From a virus, in IMG/VR virus record IMGVR_UViG_3300030333_002570, positions 32,001 to 96,000 of that record: a stretch of DNA of 64,000 nt; one strand, given 5' to 3'. Below the pieces are notes generated by a model. The model did not search any database and had not been told where the DNA came from. It saw only the letters and a list, made by a program, of their open reading frames with translations. Below are positions 36,401-51,400 of the stretch, one piece after another. Each line of letters starts with the position of its first letter. Within the stretch, counting starts at the first letter, position 1. Both the position numbers and the translations under genes were made by a program.

Positions 36401-39400
36401 GTAGGAGATCAGGTAACCATTTATGGTGCTAACCCAATTCTTTATAATGGAACATTCCTTGTAACATCTAGAGATAGTGATACTGTTTTCCAATATGCAC
36501 TACCTCAACCTGCAACAGTTATCCCACAGGGTAATATTCTTGTATCTATTGACCTTAATAAGGGTAAATCTACTAGTACTGCAATAAGCAATGCTATTAG
36601 TCCTTATACAACTAACGTTCAAAACTCATTCTTTAATGATAATTACGTTTATGTTGCTTCTACTGGTATTCCAAACTATAATATTGGTCCTTTCCCAGGA
36701 TCTGCTCTTCTTCCTGGTAACCAAAGAAAATTAACAAGATTCCCTAAAGTTCCGACTACTATATCAACTAAAGACCTTATTAGTTCTGGTCCTATTGGTA
36801 CATGGGTAAATGGTGTTTCTGTATGGTCATATAAGTCAAATTTAACTAAGACATTCGGTGCTGTAACAAGTATTGGTATTACAAATGCTGGTTCTGGATA
36901 TGATGCTGCATCTCCTCCTGCTATTACAATTGCTGGTGGAGGAGGTAGTGGTGCTACTGCTTCTGTAGTTGTTGATGGTTCTATTAGTGAAGTTACTGTA
37001 ACTGACGGTGGATCTGAATATACATCCTCACCATTGGTCTCTATAGTCGGTGGAGGAGGGTCTGGTGCTGCTGCAACCGCTATTATCACTAAAGGTGTTG
37101 TTTCACGTATTCTAATTAATTCTGGAGGATCTGGATACACCTCACAACCTCAAATTACTATTGTAGGTGGAGGTGGTTCTGGTGCTTCTGCTACTGCATC
37201 TGTTAGAGGTCCAATTAAGACTATTAATGTTACTTCTGGTGGTTCATCATATACATCTAATCCTACTGTTACTTTAAGTTCTGGTTCTGGTGCTGTTGCT
37301 CAAGCAATTGTACAGAATGGTCGTATTATATCGATTGCTATTATTTCAGCTGGATCTGGATATACTACTGCTCCTGAAATTACTATTCAAGGTGATGGTT
37401 TTGGTGCTGTTGCTAGAGCAACTATTGATGTTGATGGAGAAAATGCAGGTAGGGTTACTAATATTGAAATTATTAATAGAGGTATTGGATATCTTCAAGG
37501 AACCACTATTATTAATTTAAATTCAGTTGGATCTAGTGCATTATTCACTCCAAATGTATTTAAGTGGACTTATAACTTACAATCAACTGCAACTTTAGAT
37601 AGTGCAAAAGGTGGAGTATTTGAAGGATATAATAACCAGTATGGTGGTGAATATGCTCACCTTTCAAACCCACAAACATTAAGATATATTTTAGGTGACA
37701 ACCTTTTTGAATCAACTGGTGGTACAATATTAGAGAAAGAAGATTCTATTGTACACTCACCTATTATTGGTTGGGCGTTTGATGGTAACCCAATCTATGG
37801 TCCTTATGGATACTCTGATCCAACCGATCAAGGTTCTGTAATTACTAGATTGAGCACTTCATATAGAGTTAAAACTGCCCTTGTTTATGACGCTGCTACT
37901 AACCCATACCCAGTTAGGGCTGATGGTCCTTTACTCACAGATACGGATACTAATGGTACTCTATTATATCCAGCTGGTGCTTTCGTTGAAGATTATGAAT
38001 ATGTCTTTGGTTTAGGTGCATTAGATCAATATAATGGTCGTTTCTGTAAAACACCTGATTATCCAACTGGTAGATATTGCTATTTTGTCACTATTGACAA
38101 TACTACTGCTGGTAATCCTGAATTCCCTTATGTTTTAGGACCAAGTTTCAACTCTGTTGTAGATAAGTGGAATTTGAGTACATCTGCTGTTCAACAGAAT
38201 ATTCCTACTGGTGTTGTTCGTTATAGAGACCCATATGAAAATGTTGATATTGATGTAGATAGAGCACCTAACGTTTCTACTAATGCTTTAACAACTGAAG
38301 ATGGTGAAATACTATTATTTGAAGTAGAAGATGAAGATAGAAGTGGTGTTATAGATCAGGTAGAAATAGATGATCCAGATCAAATCTTTGAAGAATCACC
38401 TTTACAGTTATTTGATTACTTCCCTAAAGTAACATTTGATTCTAAAGTTGATATTGAAGTTGAAACTATTACTAAATTTGAAGATGCTTCTGTAACTGGA
38501 TTTACTATTGAAAACCCAGGTATTAACTATCAGGTTAATGACCGTTTAAACTTTGATAATGAAGGAACTGACGGTACTGGTGTTTCTGCTCGTGTTTCTA
38601 GAATTAAGGGTGAAGCAGTCGAAAGTTATACTTTTGAAAACATTAGTGGACAAAATTTCGGTGTTTTAAAGACTACAGAACCACATAATTTAGTAGTTGG
38701 AGATAGTGTTTTTGTAACTTATAATCCAATAATGAACAACACAAATAAAACTTTTGTTGTTCGTCAATTTAAAGGTATTGAAGAAATTGTTGTTAATCAA
38801 ACTGGTTCTGGTTATAATTCTGATATTCCTCCAACAATTACTATTGATAGTGCTACTGGAAGTGGTGGGGAATTACAAGCAGTTGTAACTTCTGTTGGAT
38901 CTATTGAAAATGTTAATATCTTAAATTCTGGTTCTGGATATACAACAAACCCTCGTGTTATACTTTCACATCCACAGGTCTTTAAGAAAGCAGATTACTA
39001 TGTTTCTAAGATTGATAATAATAATTACGTTAAAGTAAATGATGTTGTTGTTAATACAAACAAAGAAGTCTTTATTTGTGGTAAAACAAAAGATGCAAAT
39101 GGTAATAATGTTGGATTTGTTTCTAAATTATCTGCAACTGGTGTTAAAGAGTGGGAGAAAACTCTAGAACTTACTAGTGGACAACAGTACTGTGAATTTG
39201 AAAAACTTTATGTTGATGGAAATGATGTTTGGGTTGTTGGTAATAATAGACCAGAAAGCAATCTTTTAGATGCATATAACCCAGATGTTATTCTGGCAAA
39301 GTATACTCAAGCAGCAAATGGTCTTGCTGCTACATTGGCATTCCAGAAAGGATATGCTGGTATTTCAGGTTCTACTCGTGCTGATTCTGTAACTGCTATT

Positions 39401-42400
39401 ACTAAACTTTCTGATACCAGATTTGTTATTGGTGGTTATACAAATACAAACTCAACTGCTCCTTTTGATGGATATATTGCTCTAATTGATACAACTGGTA
39501 ACTTTGCAATTAAGAGAAAGGTTGCAGGTTCTAATACTTCAGAAAAAGTTACTGGTTTAGCAATTAATGCTGGTAATATTTACTTCTCATTAGAAAGTGC
39601 TGCAAGTCCTAATGCTACTGCTATTGATATTGGATTAGGTAAAGCAACAGTTGGTACTAGTACAATTACTATTGATTATGTTAAAACATATTCAAATACA
39701 GCATATTCATTCTTAGATTCTAGTCTTTGTATTGATGAATTTAATGAAGTTTATTTAACTGCAACTTGTAGACTTAAGGCAAATAATACAACTAAGAATA
39801 GTTTCTGGGTCGGTAAGACAGATATTTCTGGTAATTTAATTTGGAATTATCGTTATCAAATACCTAATGAAAGTGGAACTGAATATGATGTTCAAACAGT
39901 AAACAAAACTGTAATTGATGTTTTTGGTGATCTTAATGTTGGTGTTACCTTAACAAGTGGAATTAATAGTCTGAAGAGTGCAAGATCCTTTAAGATTGGT
40001 TATAGTGGTAATTTAAAAGAACATTCAGCAAATGTCTTTAATATTAATAATATTGAAGGTCTTACTATTCATTCATTAGATGCTGATAATTCTGGTGATG
40101 TCCATTTATTCGGTCAATCTGCTTGGAATAGAAATGAATTTATATTACCATTTACAGGTGGAGCAACAACAGATACAACTGGTCACTATACTCCAACTAT
40201 AGTAACTACAGGAGGTTCATTAAGTTATGAAAATACTGTCCAAGATGGATATGCCAAAATACTCGGATCTCAAACTGCAAGTCCAACTGTCTGGGAAAAC
40301 GCTTACATTAAGTTCGCAGCTGCGGACCTTGGGACTAAACTTGCTGAAGATTGGACTATAGAATTCTTTCTCTATAGAGATAGCACAAATACTAACGTAT
40401 TCAGTCAGAATGAAGAGACTTTATTCTCTATTGGTGATGCAACAGTTACTACTGGTGGTCTTTGGTGTTATATTAATCAAAGTGATGGAAAATTAGGATT
40501 TAGAGCAACTAATAGTACTACTGCATTAAATGCAGGATCTGCTTCATTATCTACACAATCTTCTTTATTCCCACTTAATACTTGGATAACAGTTGGTGTT
40601 AAGAAAGAAGGGGATGTCTTTAGCACATATGTTAATGGTATTGCTACAGGTAGCTGGACTATTGCTAGTACTTCATTAGGAAATAAGGATTTAATTATTG
40701 GTAATATCTCTGGTAGAAACGGAACTCTTAATAACTGGCGTTCAAATGAACAGGGACAATATCATATTGATAATTTACGTTTAAGAAATAGAGCAGTTAC
40801 ACCATCTGTTCCTTCTGATATTACTGTTGTTCCTGCTACTGGTCAATTCCCAATTGGATATAATTGGCAAGATGATGCTTGGTTTACTACTAACCTAAAC
40901 AAATTTGATTATATTGATTACACTGGTATTGGTATTAAAGTTGACAAAAATGCTGATGCATCAAGAATTGGCACTTATACAGAAAGAACTAACACTAAAT
41001 TAGGATTTGTTAGAACAGATGTAATAGGAACTACTATTACTCCTACTACAATGACTGTTGTAACAACAGGATTTGCATTAGCAGATGCTGGATTCCAAGG
41101 TTTAGACTTTGACGATGCTACTACAACAATGTCTCAAGATACTGAGACTATGACTTATACTCAGGATGTATGGAGTTCTAGAACTGCTACTGTTCCATCT
41201 CCAGGTTCTCAGAAATTATCTGTATCTGCTGTAGTTAAAGACAAGTATTACTTTAAAGTAACGAATACTGTTAAGATTGATAATGTTCAAGAACTTACTT
41301 TAAATCAGGCATTTAATTTTACCACAGGAACAAAATTAGTACTTAATAATGATGCAGGTACTTTTGTTAACAGTGGATATATTATTAGACAGGATGTTCC
41401 TAATAAGAAAATATATCTTGCTATTAATAATAATGCTTGGTCAAATGATTTAAATACAGGTAATTTAATTACAGAACAATTCAGTGAGCAGAGCACTTTT
41501 GGAATTGTCGGACCTATTCCTGCTGATATTAATGAAATATCAGGATATACGTTTGCTCAGGTTAATAATACAACTCCTGGTACATTTGATATTGACCTAG
41601 ACGACTATAACCTAGATGGCACTTATAATGCTGGTGGTAGTCAAGACCTCGATAGTTATGCTAAATTTAAACCTTATTCTGATGATGATTATTCAATAAG
41701 AATTGATGAAGTTACTACTGGATCACCATATATTGTTGGATCTGTTATTAATATCAATAGTGGTAATATTTCATATAATGCTGCTTATTCTACTGCTCAA
41801 ATAACTGGATTAACTGCTGTTACAAAGATAACTTTAATTGCTAATCTAACTAAGATTATGCAAGTTAGTGCAGTGTCTAATAGTGACGAAGTTTATGTAA
41901 TTACTGGAACAAGTCATTACCTAGATGCAGGTGATATGATCTATGTTGATGGTAACCCAACGGAAAATAGTCTTGATGAATATGATGGTGCATTTGCTGT
42001 TAATAGTGTTGTAAGTCCATTAGAATTTACATATAAACTAAAACAGGTTGCTACAACTTCTCCTGCTACAACTGCAGGTAATGTAAGTATATTTGTTAAA
42101 TCTCCTGTATTGAAGATGTATTATGGTCACCAGTACATCTTTGACATGAGTCATAGTTCATTACTTGGTGGAAACTTATCATTCTCTAAAGATAACTTAT
42201 TTAAACTAGAGTATTCATTTAACTCAATTGAAAGGACTGGAACTCCTGGTGTTAGTGGAGAAGGTGTTCCTACACCTATAGTTAAGTTAAAAGTTGATGA
42301 AAATATTTTAACTAATATATCATACTACTTTGATCCTTCAAGAATTGGAGATGATTCTCCAATTGATCCTAGCAGTTACTTAGATGTTACTGATTCTCCA

Positions 42401-45400
42401 TATAAAGGTACTTTCTCTATTAGTTCTGTTGCTGGTGCAACAATTACTCGTGGTGCTGATGTATTTAAATTCCCTCTATTAAATGAACCAGAGGGTAATG
42501 CTGAAGTATCTCAAACAACTTATAGCACAAGTTCTGTTAAAGCAGTTGGATCTATTTCTGATGTTCGTATTGTTAACTCTGGTGGATTCTATACTAGACT
42601 ACCAATTGTAAGCAGTATTACTTCAACAAGACAAATTGAAAGAGTTGCTATTGAGGATCCAGGAACTGAATATGCTGTAGGTGTGTATACTGGTGTTCCT
42701 ATTGCTGGAAATGGTGAAGGTGGATTTGTAGAAATTACTGTTGCTGATGGATTAGATAGTGAAGGTGTAACTATTCCTGGTCAAATTAACTCTGTTGTAG
42801 TTACATCACCTGGTAAAAATTATACTACAGCAACTATTGATATTGAATCAATACCTGGTATTCTCGGTGCAGGATTAACTGGATCTGGTGCTATATTAAA
42901 TGTTGTTATTCCTAATGCAGGTACTCAAGCATCTATATTTACCAAAGCAGATAAAGTTGGTAAGATTAAGAAACTTAAGAATAATAACTTTGGTTATGAT
43001 TATCCTCATGACTATACTTTACGTCCTGAGATTTCATTCCCAATTAACGCACAGTTAACATCTACAAGTATACTTTCTAGTATTACCGTTACTAATCCAG
43101 GTTCAGGATATTCACAAGCACCTGCTGTTGTAATTACAGGTGGTGGTGGATCTGGAGCAACTGCTGAAGCAACAATTAAGAATGGTAGATTAGATCAAAT
43201 TATAGTTAAGGATCCAGGTGCTGGTTATTCATCAACACCAACTGTTTCACTTAAATCTTCATTTAACTATGTTGTTAACCTTGACTTAGGTCTACTACAA
43301 TTTGCTTTCCCACACGGTATTACAAATGGTGCTGCTATAACTTTAAATGTAGTTGATACTGGAGATGGTGCTGATTTCCCACTTGCTGCTGGTGCTGTTG
43401 GTCGTTTAAATGGATCTACAACTTATTATGCTATTTCTGGTGCAGCAAATTCATTAGAAAATGATCAATTAAAAATTGCACTTACTGCTGCTAACGCTGA
43501 ATTGGGTGATGCTCTTTCCTTTGTTAACGCTGGTGAAGGTCGTCAACAGGTATTAACTGAATCATTTGGTGGTAGTGCTACTGCTAATGTTATTACTTCT
43601 ACCTTCTTAGAAGGAGAACTTGTTTATCAAGGTGAATCATTAGATACTGCAACTGCTACTGGATATGTTTCTACTAACCAAGGTTGGCAGATCGGACCTA
43701 GAATTCTTAAGATTGTTGATTATACGGGAACATTCTCAGAGACCCAAAAAGTTACGGGTGTAATTTCTAAGTCTTCAGGTACTATTAGTGATTTGAATAT
43801 TGCTCGTGGTGTTCTTGAGATTGGTTCTATTACCAAAACTACTGGTCAGTTTATCGATGATGTTGGTAAACCATCCGAAATTATTCAGAAGATTCAAGAC
43901 TCTTACTATTATCAAGACTTCTCCTATGCTATTAAGTCTGCTGTTTCTATTAGTGAGTGGAAGGAAATTCTTATTAAGAACGTTCATCCTGCATCATTTA
44001 AGGTATTTGGTGAGTTAAATCTATCTGATTATGGATTTATTCCAAATAAAGAGACTGATTTCCAACTTACTAAGTCTGTTGAACTTGCAAGAGAAGCAAT
44101 AGTTCCAAATATTCAAAGTTTTGCTCTTGTAGAACCAATTTATTCAGAATTTAATAACACTGAAGTTCTATTCCGTCAAAAGAGATTAACTTCTTCTGAG
44201 AACATTCTAACTTCTGTTGTACAAAGAATTGATGATATTTCTGATCAATTTGATGGTGAAAAGATTGCATTCCCTCTAACAGTTGATGGTAACACTGTTG
44301 TTGCTAACGCTAATCAGTTAATGATTGTTTTGAATGGTATTGTTCAGAACCCTGGAACTGCATTTGAGATTCAAGGTGATTCTATCGTCTTTAGTGAACC
44401 ACCACAACCACCTGCAAGTGTTAAGTATGTTAATATTGAAATATCACAAATTTCAATTGTAAGTAATACATTTACTAACCAAAGTGGTATTTTCCCAAAT
44501 CCAGGTAATATTTTAACTGGAACAAACTCTGGTGCTAAATTAACTGTTACTTCTGTTGTTGGTGATACTATATTTGGTTTTATTACAGAAGGAACATTTA
44601 TTGCTGCAGAAAACGTAACTGTTAGTGCAACTGGATTTAGTGCTAACCTTGATGTTCAAAGTAGTGTAAGTAATATTGGATTATTCCAGTACGGTGAACA
44701 AGTTAAGAACTTAACTAATGATACTGCTAAGGTTGAGCAAATCAACCTTCAGAGAGGTTTGGAGAATGCATTAGCAAAATTACGTTATACAGTTGGTCCT
44801 TCTACTCTTCAAATAGAAGTAGTTCCTCCAAATAGCACTACAGACGGTCCTGTTGCTACTGATACATTTACGGTTGATCAAAATTATCAACTTGGATCTG
44901 AAGTTGTTAAAGTTACTAATATTGTTGACGGTAATGATTCTACAACATTAACAGTTTCCAGAGCACAAAATGGAACTATTGCATCACAACATCAAGAAGA
45001 TTTCCCAATTTACGGAACTCTATTAACGGTGACAACTTCTCTTACTTTAAGTAAGACAGCTGGAACTTATAAGTCTACTCCTGGTCTATTTGATATTCAG
45101 TTAAATGATATCATTATTGGTGCTAAGTCTGGTGTTGTTGCTCGTGTTACACAAACAAGTGCATATCAAGATCCTACAACTCAAGAGTTTATAAGTCAGG
45201 TTAATATTTCTGAAGGTTCTTCCTTCTTTGGATTGTTGATGAACAGAATTACTTCTCAGACATATCCAAACGTTGTTCTTGATGATATTTCTAAATCTCA
45301 AGTTAGTGTTGTTCAGTACACTGATAATTCTACTGCTTTCAACTCACAGTTCCCTGCTAATGAACAGATTAATAACATCGTAGTTCCTTACGATAATCTA

Positions 45401-48400
45401 GTTGGTGGTCCTATTCAAGAGAATGAAACTATCAGAAATTACAAACTTAAGTATGGTGGAAATACTGGTGAATTTATTGCTGGAGAAAGTGCTAGAGCAA
45501 GAAAACTTTCTTATGTTAATCCTAAAGGTGATGGATTCTTTGCTACTGGTCAGGTAATTAGAACTCAAGATACAAAAGCAGAAGTTCTTGGATTTAATCA
45601 GGCAGATCAAGTGATTTACCTTGGTAAAGTTGGTAGAACTAAAGCGAATGGTCAAGATTATCATATCCCATCATTCTCTAATAGTGCTCAACTCGATACT
45701 ACAGTTAAGTACTATGGAACTGCTTCACTACAATTAGTAGCAGCAACTAATGATTATGTTACTATTCCTTCTTCAAGTGAATTTGCTTTTGGAACAGGTG
45801 CATTTACTATAGATCTAATGTTACGTCCTGCAGCAAGTTCTTTAAGTGGAACTGCTACTATACTTGACATGAGAGCATCTGCTGCAAATGAAGTTGCTGG
45901 TAGACTTTACTTAGAAGCTGGTCAAGTTCGTTGGAATGTTAGTAATGCTGATGTAGTTACTTCTGGTGCAACAACTCTTAGTGCAGATACTTGGGTTTTA
46001 ATATCCATTATGAAGTCTTCTACTACAACTAAGATTTTATTAAATGGAGTTGAAGCAGGTACTGCAACAGATAATACAACTTATATTGCAAAACCAATTA
46101 GATTAGGTTCTGATTATGCTGGTACTAATAGTTTTACTGGATTCATTGATGAGTTAAGAGTATCTAATACTAACCGTCATCAAACAATTCCATTTACTCC
46201 TCAGAATGGTATTTGGCAAGGTGATGCTCAAGCTAAGTTATTATTACACTTTGATGGTGCTGATGCTCAAACATGGGTTGATGATTGGTCTGGTGCAGAA
46301 GGATTTACTGCTGGTGAAGACTTTAATAATGATGCTATAATATCTTCAACTCGTTCTTCTAATGCTACTCCTGGTGGATTTACTGGTAACACACAAAGAT
46401 ATTATGATGCTGCTGATTTAATTCTTCTTAATAAGGAATTCCTTGCTCAAGAAGTTGTTTATATTCTAAAAGAAAGACATCCTCATCATACTGTTAAGGG
46501 TAGTGAAGTTGATTGTGAAGATGATGTTCGTGATGTATTAGATGCTGTTATTGATGACCTTCGTAATGGAACAAATAATAAGATTTGGGATGCATCTTCT
46601 TACTATGTTGATAGAACATCATCACCTATTGTATTGAAGTTTGTTTCTAATGAAGTTGATGAAGTAGTTTACACTTATGATAAACTTGAGGAAATGCTCA
46701 AGTATATTGTTAATAATACTCTTTGGGATGTTCAAGGTGATCATGGATTAGTACAAAAGACAGATTCTACTATTACAGAATCTAGTGGATTAACTACACA
46801 AACTTTCCAACCTACTGGAGCATCATATGATGCAGCAAGTGGTTATATGGTTTTAACTGCTTCTGGACACGGTATGAGATCAGAGAGAGCAATTACTGCA
46901 ACAGATGCTGCTTATACTGCAACAACAGGTATTTTACAATTAACAGTTGCTACCTCTACATTTAGTGTTTCTACTGCAACTTATGACCATACAACTGGTG
47001 TTATGGTAATAACAATTGGTTCTCATAGTTTGACAACCAATGATAATATTAGAATTGCTACTGGTGGAATCACATTTAGTTGTGACAATGGTGGAGTTAG
47101 TACTGGTGCATATCCTCGTTCATCTGGTGCTAATACAGAAAGTGGTGCTGACTATGCATACGATAGATGGCTTCCAATTCTTGCTGTAGGTGCAACAACT
47201 ATTACTGTTAATGTTAACGGTGGTAAGGGTGCTATTAGTCATGCCTTTGCACACACATATTCAACTTCTTCTGCAGGATGTATTACTGCTGGTCATGGTC
47301 TTAATGATGGAGATAGAATCAAGTTTGATCCTAATTCTCTTGTAATGAATTGCACCTCTGATGGTAATACAGTTAATCAGAGTTATCCAAGACCTGATGA
47401 TCCTGCTGCTCAAGGTTGGTTAGAAGTTACAGCAAATACTGGTACTACATTTGATGTAAATGTTGGTAAATCACCTACTGTGAATTATACAGCAACTGCT
47501 GGAACTTATAATGCTGATACTGGTTTCTTAACCATGAATATTGGTCAACATAATCTAAGAACTGGTAGAAAATATACTGCAACTAATGCTGAATATACTG
47601 CAGCTTCAGGTGTAATGAAGATTACTATTGGTGATAGTATTGATGTTTATGATGCAAGTTATACTGCTAAAAATGGTCTATTAAAATTAAATATTGGTCA
47701 TCATAACTTTAAAAAAGGTAGTTTAGTTAAGATTGCTCCTAACTCACTATTCTTTACTTGTAGTATGGATGATTATCAGTCAGTTCATGCATATCCAAGA
47801 TCAAGTGATCCTGTTTATAATGATGATATTGAAATTATTGATATAACTGATGAAACTATTACTGTTGATGTAGGAACTTCTCCAGAAGTTTCATATACAC
47901 CTACTGGTGCAACTTATGACATCAATACAGGTGATATGGTACTTACTATTGGTTCTCATAGTTTAGCAGTTGGAACTAGCATAAGACTTTTAGATGAATC
48001 TATATCATTTAGTTGTAGTTTTGGTAGTGGTGGTACTAGTGCATATCCTCGTCCTTTAGTTGATACTGCAAATATAAGCACAGCATCTTACAATCCTCAG
48101 ACTGGAATCTTCTCAGTAACAACTACTGCTGCACATAACTTAACTGGTCCTACTGCTAAAAATGTTACTGATGCTACTTACAATCCATCTACAGGTATTT
48201 TACAGTTAGAATCTGGAGGTCATAACTTTGCTGTTGGTGATAAGATAAGAATTAAGGATGATTCTTTAGTATTTACTTGCACTAAAGATGGAAATGCAAC
48301 AAACCATACATATCCAAGATCAACTGATCCTGTAAGTGGACAATGGTTAACTATTGTTGCTAGAGCAACTAATACTTTTGATGTTCAGGTTGGTGCTTCT

Positions 48401-51400
48401 AAGATTGGTTTAAATGAATTTGCTCATACATGGGCTGGTGGTACTGCAACTAATGCAGTTGAGAAAGCAAATGATGTAATTAAATTTGCTGATAATTCAA
48501 TGACATTTACTTGTGCATTGGATGGTGGTGCAACACAACATCAATATCCAAGGACAACTGATCCTGTAAGTGATAAGTGGTTGATTGTTGAAAATGTTGG
48601 ATCAACTACTTTTGATGTTCAAGTTTTAGATAACGCTCCTTCTACTAATACATCTGCACATACATTTGTTAGTGCAACAACTGGTGCTGTTAAGATTAAG
48701 AGAGATCCTGCTCAAGGAACTGCTCTTCCAATCACTGCTGTAGGTGCTACAACTATTACGGTTAATGTTACACCTATTACTTCTTATAGTTCATCATCTC
48801 ATACATTCCAATCTGCATCTCAAGGTGCTGTTAAGGTTGGTGGTGATTACACTCATAAATTTGTAGATGCTGCTTCTGGTGCTGTTATTCCTCATCACGG
48901 ATTCTATATTGGTGATAGAATAATGTTTGAGGAAGGATCATTAGTCTTTACTTGTGGTATGGATAGTGATGCTACTAGACATGCATATCCAAGAGAAAGT
49001 GATCCATTCTACAATAAATGGTTACCAATTAGTAGTGTAACTACAAATACCTTTAATGTTGATGTTGGATCAACTACTAATACAACATTTACTCCAACTG
49101 GAGGATCCTACGATGGAACCACAGGTAAGTTAAGTATTACTATTGGTGCTAATACACTTGAAGTTGGTCAGCATGTTAAGATTGCTCCTAACGGAATTTC
49201 ATTCACATGTGCAATGGATGGTGGTCAATCTGTTAAGTCCTATCCAAGAACAACTGACCCAACATATAATCAAACTCTTCCAATTCTTGAAAGAAGTGAT
49301 ACTGCTATTACTGTTGATGTTGGTAAATCACCTTATGTTTACTTTGATGTTTCTGCTGCTACCTACAACCCAACATCGGGTGTCATGGTACTTACAATCG
49401 GAGATCATGGATTAGCTGCTAATACAAGTATCAGACTTAAAGATAATTCATTAACCTTTAGTTGTGATCAAGGTGGAACTGTTGGAACTGGAACTTATCC
49501 TAGATCTGGTGGTGCAGACTACGTTTATCAGAAAGCAATTAATATTGATTCTGTAACTGATACTACAATCACAATTAATGTTAACGGTGGTCAAGGTGCT
49601 ATTACTAATACCAATGCTCATACATTCGTAAGTGCTATACCTGGTGCAGTTATTGCTGGTGGTGCTTGGGCTCATACTTATTCTACTGCTGCAGCAAATG
49701 CAGTTTCAGTTGGTGGTAACTATACTCATACGTTTAAGTCTGCTTCTCCTAATGGTATAACAAGAGCTGGTGAAACACTTAGAATTATTAAAGATGGTAT
49801 ATCATTTAAGTGTTCACAAGATGGATATCAAACAATTCATTCATATCCTAGAACAGATGATCCTGGATATAATACTTCTCTACCAATCTATAATGATGGT
49901 ACTGCTTATACTGCATCTAATGCAGCATATAATGCATCAACTGGAGAAATGGTCATTACTATTAATGGACATGGATTTACAACCAGTGATCAAATTAGAA
50001 TTGAAAATAATTCATTAACATTCACTTGTGTTAAAGATAGTAATACATCTACCCATAGTTATCCTAGAGATAATGATCCATTCGTTCGTAGATGGTTAAG
50101 AATTACTGCTGTTACTGAAAATACATTTACTGTAAATGTAGGTAAAGCATCTTCCTCAACTCAACAGTTCTCACATACATTTGCTTCTGCTACTAAAAAT
50201 GGTATTGTTAAACGTGATAATACTGTTACTGTTAACGTTGGTGCTATTCCAACTAAGAGTTTCACACCGACTGCATCAACATATAATCCTTCAACTGGTG
50301 CTTTAGCATTAACTATTGGATCACATAGTCTACCAGCTCCAACCACACATACACCAACTGATGTTGCGTACAATCCAACAACAGGTATTATGACTTTGAC
50401 TATTAATGGTCATAACTTCTCTAATGGTGAAAAGATCAAGATTGCTGATGGTGGATTGAAGTTAAGTTGTGCATTTGGTGGTGCTTCTGGTGCTGCTGCA
50501 CAGAAAGATTATCCACGTTCAACTGACCCAATTAGCGGTAAGTGGATTCCTATTAAGAATGTAACTACAAATACTTTTGATGTCCAAGTTCTAGATGTAA
50601 TACCTTCTACAAACACTGATGCTCATTCATTTGTATCTGCTGTTACTGGATGTATTAGTAAAGCAAATGCAACAGTTAAAATTGCTGAAAATTCATTAGT
50701 TTATAAGTGTGCTGAAGATAGTAATGCTACAGAACATGCTTATCCAAGAAGCAATGTTGCTACTCATACAGCTGGACCAGGGACAACTTATAATCCTGTT
50801 ACAGGTGTTCTGAAGCTTAGTGTTCCTACAGAAAGTCATACACCTTCTACAGCAACATATAATCCTTCAACGGGTGAGATGGTTCTAACTCTTGATTCAA
50901 CTTCTGGAGCATTTAACGTTTCTAATGCAACTTATAACACCTCTACAGGTGATATGGTACTTACCATTGGATCTCATAGTTTAACTACAGCAAATAGAAT
51001 TAAAATTAAAGAAGGATCTTTGAAGTTTGCATGTAACTTTGGTAATGATAATTATCAAACTCCAAAAGCATATCCAAGAGCTTCAGGTGCTAATACTACT
51101 AATGGTGCTGACTATGCATTTAATACATTCCTACCAATTACCGCAGCTGATGCTACAACTATTACTGTCAATGTTAATGGTGGTCAAGGTTCTATCAGTA
51201 ACAATAATCAGCATAATTTCTTAAGTGCTGATGCTGGTGCAGTTATTGTTGGTCATGGATTATCTGTTGGTGATAGAATTAAGATTGCTGATGAATCATT
51301 AACCTTCAGTTGTGATCAAGGTGGAACTGTTGGAAATGGTTCATATCCTAGATCATCTAATGACTATGTTTATCGTAAGTGGATTAGAATTAGAGCAGTA